Shown piece after piece: positions 10,597-23,180 of a DNA stretch of 64,000 nucleotides. The stretch comes from Octopus vulgaris. Its lineage: Eukaryota. Under the pieces are notes generated by a model that was not told the DNA's origin, did no database searches, and saw only the letters and a program-made list of their open reading frames with translations. The DNA lies in the NCBI GenBank assembly GCA_951406725.2, contig OX597832.1:48050001-48114000 (forward strand). Reading direction: 5' to 3'. The first letter of the stretch is position 1; each line of letters starts with the position of its first letter. The translations under genes were made by a program, and so were the position numbers.

Positions 10597-10814
10597 CTGG
10601 CAGAAACGTTAGCACGCCGGGCGAAATACTTAGCGGTATTTCGTCTGCGTTACGTTGTGAGTTCAAATTCCGCCGAGGTTGACTGCCTTTCATCCTTTCG
10701 GGGTCGATAAATTAAGTACCAGTTACGCACTGGGTCGATGTAATCGACTTAATACCTATGTCTGTCCTTGTTTGTCCCCTCTGTGTTTAGCCCCTTGTGG
10801 GTAGTAGAGAAATA
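10597..10814 (+). mobile_element. SINE family 2 (tRNA head plus gcctttcatcctttcggggtcgataaa central block resembling the Meta domain) with 16-bp TSD
   Basis: TSD ggtattgttcatgact at 10583-10598 and 10815-10830; B-box gagttcaaattcc. Confidence 0.85.
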
Positions 10815-11262
10815 GGTATTGTTCATGACTTGGAATATCAGTAGCAGACTGACCTCTACAGTGAAATAAGTCAAATACTCTCAACAGCAGTTAGTTGGCA
10901 TAAGTCAACTAGGTCAATTTCCTTTCAGCAGCTAGTTTGACATCTTGTCAAATAAATAGGTCATTGCCACATTTTAGCAGCAAGTTGGTTGACATCTGTT
11001 ACTCAGTCAATGCCCTTGACCTTCAGTGTCTAGGTTCATACCTAGACAGAAAAATATGGGGAGGAAAGAGAATCCTGGAGGTTTGCAGTTTTGAAGGGAG
11101 AATGACTGGGAGACAAGGGCAGAACCTGAGAGAACAGCTGAGTCATATTTGGAGTAATAGGGAGCAAGGACTGATGTGCTGTGAGACTGGAAGAGGGTCA
11201 TACAGCTATTTAGTTCACAGCAACGAAGTAATAGAAATAAGGGGACAGGGCAGTGAATTGTT

Positions 11263-11427
11263 GCTGTGTGGTAAGTAGCTTGTTTACCAGCCACATGGTT
11301 CCGGGTTCAGTCCTACTGCGTGGCACCTGGGGCAAGTGTCTTCTACTATAGCCTCGAGCCGACCAAAGCCTTGTGAGTGGATTTGGTAGACGGAAACTGA
11401 AAGTAGCCCGTCATATATGTATGTATG

Positions 11428-11466
<39 letters not shown>

Positions 11467-11656
11467 TTGTCCCCCTAGCATTGCTTGACAACCAATGCTG
11501 GTGTGTTTATGTCCCCGTTACTTAGCGGTTCAGCAAAAGATACCGATAGAATAAGTACTGGGCTTAGAAAAGAATAAGTCCCGGGGTCGAATTGCTCGAT
11601 TAAAGGCGGTGCTCCAGCATGGCCGCAGTCAAATGACTGAAACAAGTAAAAGAGTA
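11263..11656 (+). mobile_element. SINE family 1
   Basis: Matches the family 1 copies. Confidence 0.85.
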
Positions 11657-13212
11657 ACGCTCAAATGGCCTCCCTTCAGATGTGATCTAGAATTTTTGTT
11701 TGCGGCTGTACAGTCCAAGCATATGCAAAATTCTAGAGACATTGAGGCTAAGTACAAAACTATATGAAGGCAATGGCGCAAAGCTTAGGAGGGGATGGAA
11801 AGAGAAAACCCTCATAAAATCTCTTTTGAGAGAGAAACTGAAGTTTCGTGCACAATTTTTTTTTTTTTTTTAAATGAACAATGTCAAGTATGGTGCCGAT
11901 CGGACACTGAACTCAAATATTTCTTATAAACAGATTAACAGATATCAAATAAGGTTTCTAGTCTAACAATGGACTGTTTAGTAGACTTCTGACTGAACAC
12001 ACAACAACAGGGTATATGATAATATAGTCCAGTTTTCATAACAATTAACCACGTAACCCACCTTTTCTTTTTGTTTTTAATTTAATCCGTGTTGGGGGGT
12101 GATTTGAGTTTTCAATACAAAATCCTTCCTCACGTAAAAACAGCTATGTTTGCTTTGGAGAAAAAACTCAGCACTCATTTCAATAACCATGAGATTGGTA
12201 TTGAACAATCTCGCACCTTAAAATGATGCCGTCATTGTGATGCAACTGAAAAACGGGTCTTTAGACTTCATTCCTATGTTGCATTTTCAGCAATAAAACC
12301 TTAAAATCTATAATTCCCCACCAGACCATATTTAATTCTTGTTTGTTTAATGCTAGAATATAAAGGTTTTTACAATTGCAAAAACCAAAATGCCATAGCC
12401 AAGTTTAGTTCTGACACTCGCCCTCTTTCCTAGCTAGCCCTAAGACATTTTCTCCGGAAAAGTATTTCCAGGCAACGGGTAGAAGATATATATCTTGGTT
12501 ATTGTTAAGTAATTAGAATTAGTAAAATAACATTAAGAAAAAGTTAAACAGAAAGTAAGAATGAAAAATAAAGCAGTTCAATTTCAAACGCTGAAATTGT
12601 TGTGAATTCCTATGCCACATGCATCCACAAATCACCCCAGGTTGAGTTTTTTGTTTAATTAATTTTTTTTTAGTTTCCTTAAAAAGCAACTGATTAGAAG
12701 CACTTAAAATGAAGTGCAACAATTCTGGTAAATAGACTGGGAGAATTTCCTCGTGAAAAGCTAATGGAATATTGTTTCAATGTCCATTTTTCCATGCTTG
12801 CATGGGTTAGTTGGAATTCGTTAAGGTAGGTTTTTTTCTATGAGCAAATTGCCCTTCCTGTTGCCAACCCTGACTGCTTCCAAAAAGTTAGTATTTGTTC
12901 TTGGTTGGACATGTTTTCATGGAAGACTGGAAATAAACGATACAGCTTGTATGAAAATGATACTCAAAACTATTAAAGGGTGTCATGCTAAGACACACAC
13001 ACACGAGAGGTTTCTTTCAATCAAATCCGTTCACAAGGATTTGGTTGGTTAGGATCACATAAGCTGTTGCTTGCCCAAGGTGCCATACAGGGGGACTGAA
13101 CCTGAAACCATGTGGATGAGAATTGAACTTTATAACTACACAGTCATGATGCACTTTAGTATCCTACTGTTGTCTCCCATAATCAGACATTTTCTCTTTT
13201 TTTTTGTTATCT

Positions 13213-13599
13213 TTTTACTTGTTTCAGTCATTTTGACTGCGGCCATGCTGGAGCACCGCCTTTAATCAAGCAACTTGACCCCAGGACTTTTTCTTTGTAA
13301 GCCCAGTACTTATTCTATCGGTCTCTTCTGCTGAACCGCTAAGTGACGGGGACATAAACACACCAGCATCGGTTGTCAAGCAATGCCAGGGGGACAAACA
13401 CAAACACACATCATATATATATATATATATATATGGTTCTTATGGTATTATCTTACTCATTGATGTGTATTGTTTTATTCTGTATTATTCTGTTTGATCT
13501 GGATGTTCCTATATAATTAGTTAATAAATTATATGAATAGGTATTATCTAGTAGTTGATTGATTAAAATCTATTCCTCCATTTTCTTATTTTGTATATG

Positions 13600-13637
<38 letters not shown>

Positions 13638-13805
13638 TATATACGATGGGTTTCTTTCAGTTTCCGTCTACCAAATCCACTCACAAGGCTTTGGTCGGCC
13701 CGAGGCTATAGTAGAAGACATTTGCCCAAGGTGCCACGCAGTGGGACTGAACCCGGAACCATGTGGTTGGTAAACAAGCTACTTACCACACAGCCACTCC
13801 TGCAC
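13213..13805 (-). mobile_element. SINE family 1 with about 160 nt of foreign sequence inside its (TA)n
   Basis: Both halves match family 1; unrelated sequence at 13435-13592. Confidence 0.8.
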
Positions 13806-14633
13806 CTAACATTTTTCAGAACAATTAACTGAGACTAACTAATCAACCTCAGAAGAAATTGAAAATCACAGCAATAGATAGAGTTGATGTTTGAACTGGC
13901 TCGTAAGAGGTGGGTGAAAGAAACAAAAGTAGTGAAATGCATTCAGTCCCAAAAGCACACACAGCATTGTCCTTATTAGTCATATCCACTCGCTTCCAGG
14001 AAGTGAAAATGATAAAAGTATCAACCAGTTCTTGATAAGAGCAATTGGTGTTCAAAGTAGCAAAATAGCTATAAAAACCCAGCTGTGAAAACATTGGGTC
14101 TGTGAAAACATTTGCTCGGAACTGCCAAAGAAGTAAACGTTTGCACAGATAATTGAAATTAATAAGTTACCAACCAGAACCAGTATAGATATAAAAAAAA
14201 AAAAACTGGTTGAATGGTAATTTCAGCCCCTGCCCTCTCCTCCTTCTCCAGCCACCACTCAAAGAAAGGAGAATGAAAGGGTTACGAAAACTGAATTTGT
14301 TATTTTTGAAGGCAAAGTACTTGTTCCTGGGTGACTTATTATACAAACAATACATCAGGACTTTGATAAATGATGATGACAGGAACCTCAAAGTAAACAA
14401 AAAAAAAAAAAAAAAAAAAAAAAAAATTCAATTTGCAAAAGGTGCCATCTTGTTTATCATCAGTTCAATGATGGGCAGCCAGCTGTAAAAATATTTGCAA
14501 ATTTGAGGATTTACATTGTTGGGAGCAAACAATCCCACCCTGTAAGAGTCAAGACCATTTTCACCAAAATACACTGATTTTAAATGTGTCCCAGTTAATG
14601 TTTCTATGAAACCTTCGTCTTAACTAATATCTC

Positions 14634-14669
<36 letters not shown>

Positions 14670-15805
14670 TATATAAAATCATTATCATATCAAAAGTCAC
14701 TTTCCTATACTTGCATGGGTCTGATGAAGTTTATTTTGGGCAGATTTTCTGCAACCCTCACCCGTTTCCAAGCAAGGTAATATTTTCCCCCCATCCCATG
14801 ATGTGATGTGTTTCTGCAGAATATTGGAGAGGAACGATTCATTTTTCAACAATTGCATGATGTCAAGATAAGGAGGTACGAACATATACACACTAACACA
14901 AAATTAGTTTCTTCCAGTTTCCATCTATCAATCCATTCATAAGGCTTTGGTTGGCCAGGGGCTATAGTAAAACACACTTGCCCTCCAGGGTATCGGACAA
15001 TGGGACTGAACTCAAAATTATACAGCTGGGAAGCAAACTCCTAAACAACAAAGCCACTCCCCTCTTATATACATACATATTTCATGTCTGTTCCACATGC
15101 CACGATTAGACTTGTTTGGATGAGGTGTTATTTGAAGCCGGATTTTGCTGCATCACATACCTGTCTACAATTCCTTACCTGTTTTTAATACTCCAGAGGA
15201 CTTCAAAAACGCAGGGTGACAAAGCACATTAACGATATCACTGCATGACTGCTGTTGACAAGTGCAGAATAGCAACACACACTCTAGGCTTCCTGCAGTT
15301 TTCTATCTTACCAAATTCTGCCACAAGGAATTGATTGGTTCTGACTATACTACAAAACAAATTTAGATAACCACAGTCACATTTTCACATATACAGGTGC
15401 ACACACACATAGAAGCTGAAATTATCTAAATACTTCAGGCAGCACCAAATTCTTGACAAAAATTTGTCAGTGTTCAATTGCCAAAATTTAATGGCTATTG
15501 AATCTAAAGACATTCCCCAAAGAACAGGAGGTGGGGAAATTCATATTCAAAAATCAATAAGCTAAATAAAGCAAGAATTTGTTTACTAGCCACTTTCACT
15601 TAGATAAACAAGTTGCGTAACCCCAGGCCAGCTATTAGGTGCATGGTATAAATCAATTAAGCAACTATTCAAGTGGAGGAAAAAAAAAAACAAAAAAAAA
15701 ACTATAAAAATGTCACAAGAAACCCCCCTCTTAAAAGCCATATTTGGAATCATAATGGAACCAGATTGTAAGGACAAAGAAAAAAAAGACCCCTAAAGAA
15801 CTTAC

Positions 15806-15922
15806 CTTTACCTTGTCCCGCATTGATCCTTTCCCTCGTACCATGATTTTACAGCCTGTGTATTGTTCGAGTTCTTTAGCAGTCATCCCTCGTGGGCCCA
15901 ATATTCGTCCGACAAAATTGAA
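15806..15922 (-). CDS. QKI: quaking/how exon 3 (KH core with GXXG loop): [39 protein letters not shown]
   Basis: Acceptor tgtttcag| and donor AAG|gtaagt; 117 nt, phase 0 to 0. Diagnostic STAR KH sequence [11 protein letters not shown]...[12 protein letters not shown]. Confidence 0.97.
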
Positions 15923-16124
15923 CTGAAACATAAAAAAAGCACAATTAAAAACCAGCAACAAAACAATAACAATGAGGTTGAATGGCAACAACCTTTGAGG
16001 GTTAAACCCTTTAGCTTCGAGTTTTTTCTGTCAAATGAAATTCTTATTTATTAACATTGATATGAATTAGTCGGGCATTACTTTGTAGCTTTGAGATTCC
16101 AATGATCTGATTATTTATAGAATA

Positions 16125-16492
16125 CTAGCACTATGACCCGGCGTTGCTGGGTCATAGTGCTAGTGCATGCCTATACAGCTGCGTGTGTGCGCACATACAC
16201 GCGAGTACTGTCCAAATCTCCGACCAATCACATACAGCTAGCTGGCATTCAATTGTCGTATCAAGTTTCGGGCATTTTGATTGGGTTTTGGATAGAAAAT
16301 TCACAAAAAAGTCACTTCTATTGATTTTTTTTTAATGGCTTTGCGGGGTGACTGGGGAAATGTAAAGATGTGCATGACCACCCTTGGACGTTTTGAATGA
16401 CCATAGAAAGTGCGAGCCCTCTAACTGAAAAATTGTGTATTTGCATAAAGGACACACATGCAGACAGACATTTTGCCGTTCATATATAGAGA
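16125..16492 (-). mobile_element. Non-autonomous Helitron inserted in a family B MITE
   Basis: Minus strand 5' TCTCTATATATG, 3' CTAG, A^T target, subterminal hairpin gacccagcaacgccgggtc. Confidence 0.8.
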
Positions 16493-16904
16493 TTTTAGGG
16501 CAAATGCGAGAGGCAAGACCTAACTAGTTTCAAGATAACAGATTATTTTGGTTGGATATGGCCGCTTTAAATGGATAAACAAGTTGTATAACCCCAGGCC
16601 AGCTATGGCTTGGACTTGGTGCAAGGTATAAATTAATTAAACAACTAATCGAGTAGAACAAGAAATACAAATAAAACTATATAAAAACGTCACAAAGAAA
16701 CCCTCATAAAGAGGCATATTTGGAATCACATAAAGGAACCATATATTATAAGCCCCTGCCAAAAAAACCCTATCTTTTGTGTTCAGACCTGGCCAGAATT
16801 GGCCTCTTATGCCTACCCTACAATGTTATTCTAATTCTAAACAATTACATTTTCGAAATCTTGAAGCTGCAAGTTATTGCACGATCAGCCCATATTTTGG
16901 GCCA

Positions 16905-17029
16905 TATCCAGCTGTGGAAACTGCCAGATCAAGACTGGAGCCTGGTGCAGCCATCTGGTTCGCCAGCCCACAGTCAAACCGTCCAACCCATGCTAGCATG
17001 GAAAGCGGACGTTAAATGATGATGATGAT
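16905..17029 (+). mobile_element. SINE family 5, 3' part with (GAT)n tail
   Basis: ccaacccatgctagcatggaaagcggacgttaaatgatgatgat; related copies at 30457-30635 and 58655-58970. Confidence 0.7.
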
Positions 17030-17819
17030 CTGGCCCAAAATATTTTACTTGCTTTTGTTCAAACTGACCAGATCTGGCTTCTCACACCTATGCTACAATG
17101 TCATTTTAAAAGTAAACAATTACGTCAAACTCTTGAAGCTAAGGGATAATGCACAATAAATCCAAAACAATGATGGGGAAGCATTACATTCGATAAAGTA
17201 ATCTAAATGCTAAAGGGTCAAGATGTTACATTAAAATGATAGATGATCAACAGTCAGTATATAAATCAATCTGTGTTGGTCTGTCTCGGGCTTTTGGAAC
17301 AACAGGTATTGCTCCACTTGCTTTAATCCTTTGATCTGAAACCCATTGGAAGGTTGCCAAATTCAGCCTTTTTGGAAAATAATCAAGGTTTTAAGATTTA
17401 GTGATGTAAAATTACTGCACCCATTTTTAATCGGGCCTAAGGTGGCAAAATCGCTAGCAAGTTGGACGAAATGTTTCCATCCATTTGGTGGGGGTCGATA
17501 AAATAAGTACAATTGACTAACCCTCTTCCCCCAAAATTCCAGGCCTTGTGCCTATAATAAAAATTATTAAGTGTTTTTAAGGTAGTGAGCTGGCAGAATG
17601 ATTAAAGCAGGTTGGGGTGGGGGTAGGGAATCCCTTCCAAAGTTCTGAGTTCAAATCCTGCCAAAGTCAGCTTCCCCTTCTGTTCCTCCAGGGCCGACAA
17701 AATAAATTACAAGTGGCAGGGGTCAATGTAATTGACCAACCCTCACCTCCCCATTGCTAGCTAGCAATCAGCCTAAATTACAAATAATTTTAAAAACCAG
17801 ATGTTTGAAACAAAACTTC

Positions 17820-18043
17820 TTAACCCTTTCGTTACTGTATTCATTTTGAGATGCTCTGTGTTTCTTTCAATTAATTTTAAATATAACAAAGAATTTAGTA
17901 AAATAACTTAGTTATCATTAAGCTAGTGTTAGGAACATAAACTGTGACTAAGGTTTGGTAGAAGATTTTAATTCAAAACTTATGAAAACAAGACATTTGT
18001 ACTACAGAGCCAGTTTTGGCCGGTTTGGTAATGAAAGGGTTAA
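17820..18043. mobile_element. piggyBac-like MITE family A
   Basis: TIR ccctttcgttac / gtaatgaaaggg flanked by TTAA. Confidence 0.8.
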
Positions 18044-18727
18044 ACTATGGAAAGTTTAAATTTAAAAATAATTAACACTAAAAACAGATAGCTTTTATAT
18101 CCCAGACCCTTGTAGAGATTTCAGGCAATTTGGTGACAAATTAGTTAAGTTCATCCAGCTGCAAAAGCTTGACTGGTTCTTACTTTGGATAGTATGGGAC
18201 AACCAGCCAGTTACAATAGGAACTACTTCAGATAACCAAAATTTTGGAGAAAAACTCCACCTATTCTTTATCTATTCAAGTAGATCATTTAACATCCAAT
18301 TTTCCATGGTGACACGAGTTGGACAGTTTGACTATGGAATCTAGATACAGTCCCTGGTATTACCAGTTCCTGTCAAGCCATCCAAACAATGTCAGTAGGA
18401 AAAACAGGTTAAATGTTGACGATTACATTTGTCAAAGTTTGATCTGTGGTAAGGGGAGACAATCAGTCAATTCTGCTTGTGCTGCAAAAAAGTGACCCAG
18501 TGACCAACCACAATGTCCCAAAATGCACTGACAATTGTTTGTGTCTATAGGGCCATGCAGTGAGGCTGCATATATATATTGGCCTGCTTGCTTAGCCAGC
18601 GGGGTGGCGTCACTTGAGGGCTAAAACAATGCAAAGTGCATTGTGACCAGCGATGTGTAGCAACATCTGATAGTCTGGTCGGTCACGGTGATATTTATTT
18701 ATTTATATATATATATATATATACATT

Positions 18728-18761
<34 letters not shown>

Positions 18762-18915
18762 CATATATAAATATAAATATATATATATAAATATAAATAT
18801 ATATATAAATAACAGTCTTACATACTTGTAACCAACAACTTCGGGACCAGTGAGCAGAAAAAATATGAAGGCACCTGATCTTAACAAATGATGCATCAGA
18901 ATGTATTCTCTATAA

Positions 18916-19204
18916 CAGTGATTCCCAAGGTGGGGCCTGAGAAAATTCAGGTGGGGCGCGGGGCATAGACGTGGGCTGTGAAAATATTTGTACATGACGA
19001 GCGGTCATCGCGGGCACAACCTTAGATTCAATTCTCAAACTATTTTTTTGTATTTTGAATACAATTTTTTAATTTTTGATTTTTTTTCAATTGTAAGTAG
19101 GCCCACATGTACTTGTAAATGTGAGTGGACATGGGAAAAGGTGGGGCGTAAAAACTTTTGCTATGAAAAAGTGGGGCGCCGGGAAAAAAGGTTGGGAAAC
19201 ACTG
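18916..19204. mobile_element. hAT (Charlie-like) MITE
   Basis: TIR cagtgattcccaa / ttgggaaacactg; perfect 8-bp TSD ctctataa. Confidence 0.85.
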
Positions 19205-19814
19205 CTCTATAAGGTAGAGAAGATAACGAAAATATGTAAAGAAGCTTTGCTGTTATGCTGTTATGTCGACCCCACCATTGGTTCCATTTACAGAGTGCAA
19301 GGAAATGGTTTATCACTTTGTTTTGGAATAAAATTCCCGCAATAAAAAATTTACTTGTAGAAGCATTTAACATATTTTACAGGCTTTAAAATGGCTAAAT
19401 TGTTAGAAATGATACCAAAGGAATTTATGGAGTAATTTTAAAGGTAATTTTAGAGAGTGGGGAAAGGTGATAACATCCTCCAAGACTAAAGAATTCTTAT
19501 CTCTAATGGGGAAACAAATATTACTGACACTTAATCCTCGTTTTCATGACATTTCAAATACTATGGTAATTTGCATTCACCTTGGTAAGCTTGGTAAGTA
19601 ATTCTAGTCAAAGGATCCTAGACAAAAGCAGATGTAGGAAATGCTAAAAATATGAAGAATTTACTTCTCGTTTGAAAGGAATACATAGAATGACTTCTGT
19701 TTGTCCTGGCTTGGTGTATGTACCATGAATTGAAACCACGTCAAGGTCAACTTTGCTTTTTACTCTTTCAAGGGCCAATAAATAAAATAACCCCTAATAA
19801 AGTACCCAAACAGT

Positions 19815-20043
19815 TTAACCCTTCAGTGTTTGCATTATTCTGCCAAAATTAATCCTTTTTTATCTACATTGGTTTGAATTAATCAGGCATTATCTTGGAG
19901 CTATGAGATTTTGATGAGGTAGCTGTTAATTTTTGAAACGATATTATAGGGTTGGTGTGAGAGACCAGATCTGGCCAGTTTGAACATAAAACAGGCAGAA
20001 TACTTTTGGCCGGATATGGCCGGTTTAAATCCTAAAGGGTTAA
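19815..20043. mobile_element. piggyBac-like MITE family B
   Basis: ttaaccctt...aaagggttaa. Confidence 0.75.
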
Positions 20044-21152
20044 AGTAGTAAGGCAGTGAACTGGGAGTGCAGGATAAGCACCTTATGGAATTTGCTCCAA
20101 TTCTCTGCATTCTGGGTTGAAATCCCACAAAGGTCACCTGAGCAGTTCATTTTTTTTTTTCCTTGGATCATCATTTAATATCCATTTTCCACCCTGACAT
20201 CGGTCGAATGGCTTGACAGGATCTGGCGTGCCACAGGGAGGAGGTGAGCCCCAGTGTCAGCTTTGGCATGGTTTCTACAGACAGCTAGATGCCTTTCCTA
20301 ATGTCAACTTGTTTTTGTTTTTTAAAAAGGGACCCAGCCAGGGCAGTGAATTGGCAGAACTGTCCTGTTAAAAGAACAGGCAAAATACTTATCTTTTCCA
20401 GCTCTTTACATTCTGACACCATGGCCTGCGATGAGGCTGGTGCCAAACTATCAACCAAAATCAATAAACCTCTCTTAGAATAAAAGTGCTGTGGAGAAGG
20501 AGACTTGCACGCCCAATCCCTTGCATAATTAGCTTTGACTCATGGATCCATCTATCCATCCACCAGTCCAAAGCAGTGAATAAGTTTTTGCATCAGACAA
20601 GATGTTTCAAGGTATGTTCTGGCTCTCTGCATGTTCTAAATTGAAATTTTGCTTACTATCACTGTTCTTCTCCTTGTGGCAGGATAAAGGGTCTTTGTGG
20701 GCCAGCTTACACAGACAAGCCCACCATGTCCAATGCCATAAAGTGACGTGTCAACTGAAAGACTTATCTCAGGATCATCAGTGCAAAAACTAGCAGACCA
20801 TTGTACTCTAAAGACTATCATTTGGACAGATATTTTTCATTTGAAGAGCAAGAGGTTTGACTCCTGTCTGTCTACATGGTTATTAGTTCAAACATCCGTA
20901 TTGCTCACTTCTGAGAGAGACAGAAAGAGAGAAACAGACTAGGAGAGAGAGAGAAACAGAGAGAAAAGCAGGCAATAAATAAGTAACCATCTCCATCAGT
21001 ACTGGATAATGTGCATTTTCACTAAATTCATACAAACATTTTTGATACCAACACTGCCTCTTGTTCCACAGCACAATCCTTGTTTTAAAGTGTGACCTAA
21101 ATTAAACCTCCCTTCAAAATTCCCTGTCAAAATTTATGTTCCTGAACCAGCT

Positions 21153-21601
21153 TAAACCTTTCATTACTAACCCGGCTGAAACCGGCTCTGGCTCTGTAAT
21201 ACAAGTGTCTTGTTTTCGTAAGTTTTGAATTAAAATCTTCCACCAAACCTGAGTCATAATTTATGTTCCTAACACTAGCTTAATGATAACTAAGCTATTT
21301 TAACCCTTTCGTTACTGAATTTATTTTGAGATGCTCAGGATTTCTTCCAATTATTTTAAATATAACAAAGAATTAAGTAAAATAACATCGTTATCATTAA
21401 GCTAGAGTTAGGGACGTAAATTATGACTCAGGTTTGGTGGAAGATTTTAATTCAGAACTTTTGAAAACCAGACATTTGTACTAAAGAGCCAGAGCCAGTT
21501 TCAGCCGGGTTGGTAATGAAAGGGTTAATAAATTCTTTGTTTTATTTAAAATTGAAAGAAACCCAGGACATCACAAAATAAATACAGTAATGAAAGGGTT
21601 T
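21153..21601. mobile_element. MITE family A containing a nested, inverted family A copy (21300-21527)
   Basis: The outer element is split at tatttt/taaattctttg by a complete TTAA-bounded copy in the opposite orientation. Confidence 0.75.
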
Positions 21602-22767
21602 AATAATGACAAAAAACTGTCTTACTAAATATATTTTCAAAAATTAAAGCATTCATTAGAAATAAAGTAACAAAAGGGTTAACTAATAGGAACCACTTTT
21701 GTAAGCAGCCTGCTATCCATTCCAAAAAGGATTTAAAAAAAAAAACAAAAATTAAATTGTGAATTGACGACCATATAAGGGCATTGCCAAGTTATGATGT
21801 TCTAGGAATATAGTTTGTTATCTTAGATTGGGAAGAAGCTAAGATGAAGTTGAGATAAGAACAATATGACATTACCCATAATGCAGTGCATGTAGTGGAG
21901 AAAAGGAGGTTAAGACAGTGGAGGTAGGAAAAATATACACTCAACTAAATGGGTTTCTGTTCAGGTGGGGAGGAGGCAGGGGTTATGGAATCAGGACATT
22001 ACTGTGTATAAGGATCTCATTCCTCAACCCTTTCACATATGCATTCTGTCAGAAGTAATGCTTATTTATTCAGATTGTTTTGAATGAACCATGCATTATT
22101 TTGTAGCTTCGAGATTTTTGAAGAGATAACTTAATTTTTTGAATGATATTGTAGGGTTGGTTTAATAGGCCAGATCTATCCGTTTTAAGACCCCCAAAAC
22201 AGGAATATTTTGACCAGATATGGCCAGTTTAAATGCTAAAGGGATAATGATCCCCAATGATCTTGTTATCCTGACAGTGTACAAAACAACATTTTAGAAG
22301 GACACTCCAAGAATACAAATAACTTTTCAAAGTTGGTATATTTTTAACCCTTTAACACTGAAGTCAAATGTAATTCTTATTTCTCTTTTACTCTTTTCTT
22401 TTACTTGTTTCAGTCATTTGACTGGCCATGCTGGAGCATCACCTTTAGTCGAGCAAACTGACAAACAAGTAAAAGAGTAAAGAGAATACTGGTTACATTG
22501 TGTGTACACACACACATACACTGTGTGAGTTGAAACAGACACGTGTCAGGGTGTACCAAACAACAAGGTTGTGAGTTCACATCTGCTACTGGCATTTCAT
22601 ATATCACACGCATGCACATGATAGGCATGGGCTGTGAAGTTTGTTTCGCAAAGTGATTTGGGGTCAGTCCCACTGCACGGCACCTTGGCTCAAGTGTCTT
22701 CTATTATAGTTCTAGGCCAACTAAAAACTTGACTGGATTTGGTAGACAGAAGCTGAAAAAAGCCCAT

Positions 22768-23180
22768 AGGCGCAGGAGTGGCTGTGTGGTAAGTACCTTG
22801 TTTACTAACCACATGGTTCCGGGTTCAGTCCCACTGCATGGCACCTTGGGCAAGTGTCTTCTACTATAGCCTCAGGCCGACTAAAGCCTTGTGAGTGGAT
22901 TTGGTAGACGGAAACTGAAAGAAGCCCGTCGTATATATATATATATATATATATGCGTGTGTGTGTTTGTGTGTCTGTGTTTGTCCCCCTGGCATTGCTT
23001 GACAACCTATGCTGGTGTGTTTATGTCCCCTTTACTTAGCGGTTCGGCAAAAGAAACCGATAGAATAAGTACAGGGCTTACAAAAGAATAAGTTCCGGGG
23101 TCGAGTTGCTCGACTAAAGGCGATGCTCCAGCATGGCCGCAGTCAAATGACTGAAACAAGTAAAAGAGTAAAGAGAGAGT
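22768..23180 (+). mobile_element. SINE family 1, inserted in an older degenerate copy
   Basis: Full-length match; degenerate head at 22623-22766. Confidence 0.85.

Noticed and set aside
12216-12245. Possible 29-nt microexon (ttttcag|TTG...AAG|gtgcga)
   Set aside because: Weak donor and no homology; cannot be supported without transcript data.
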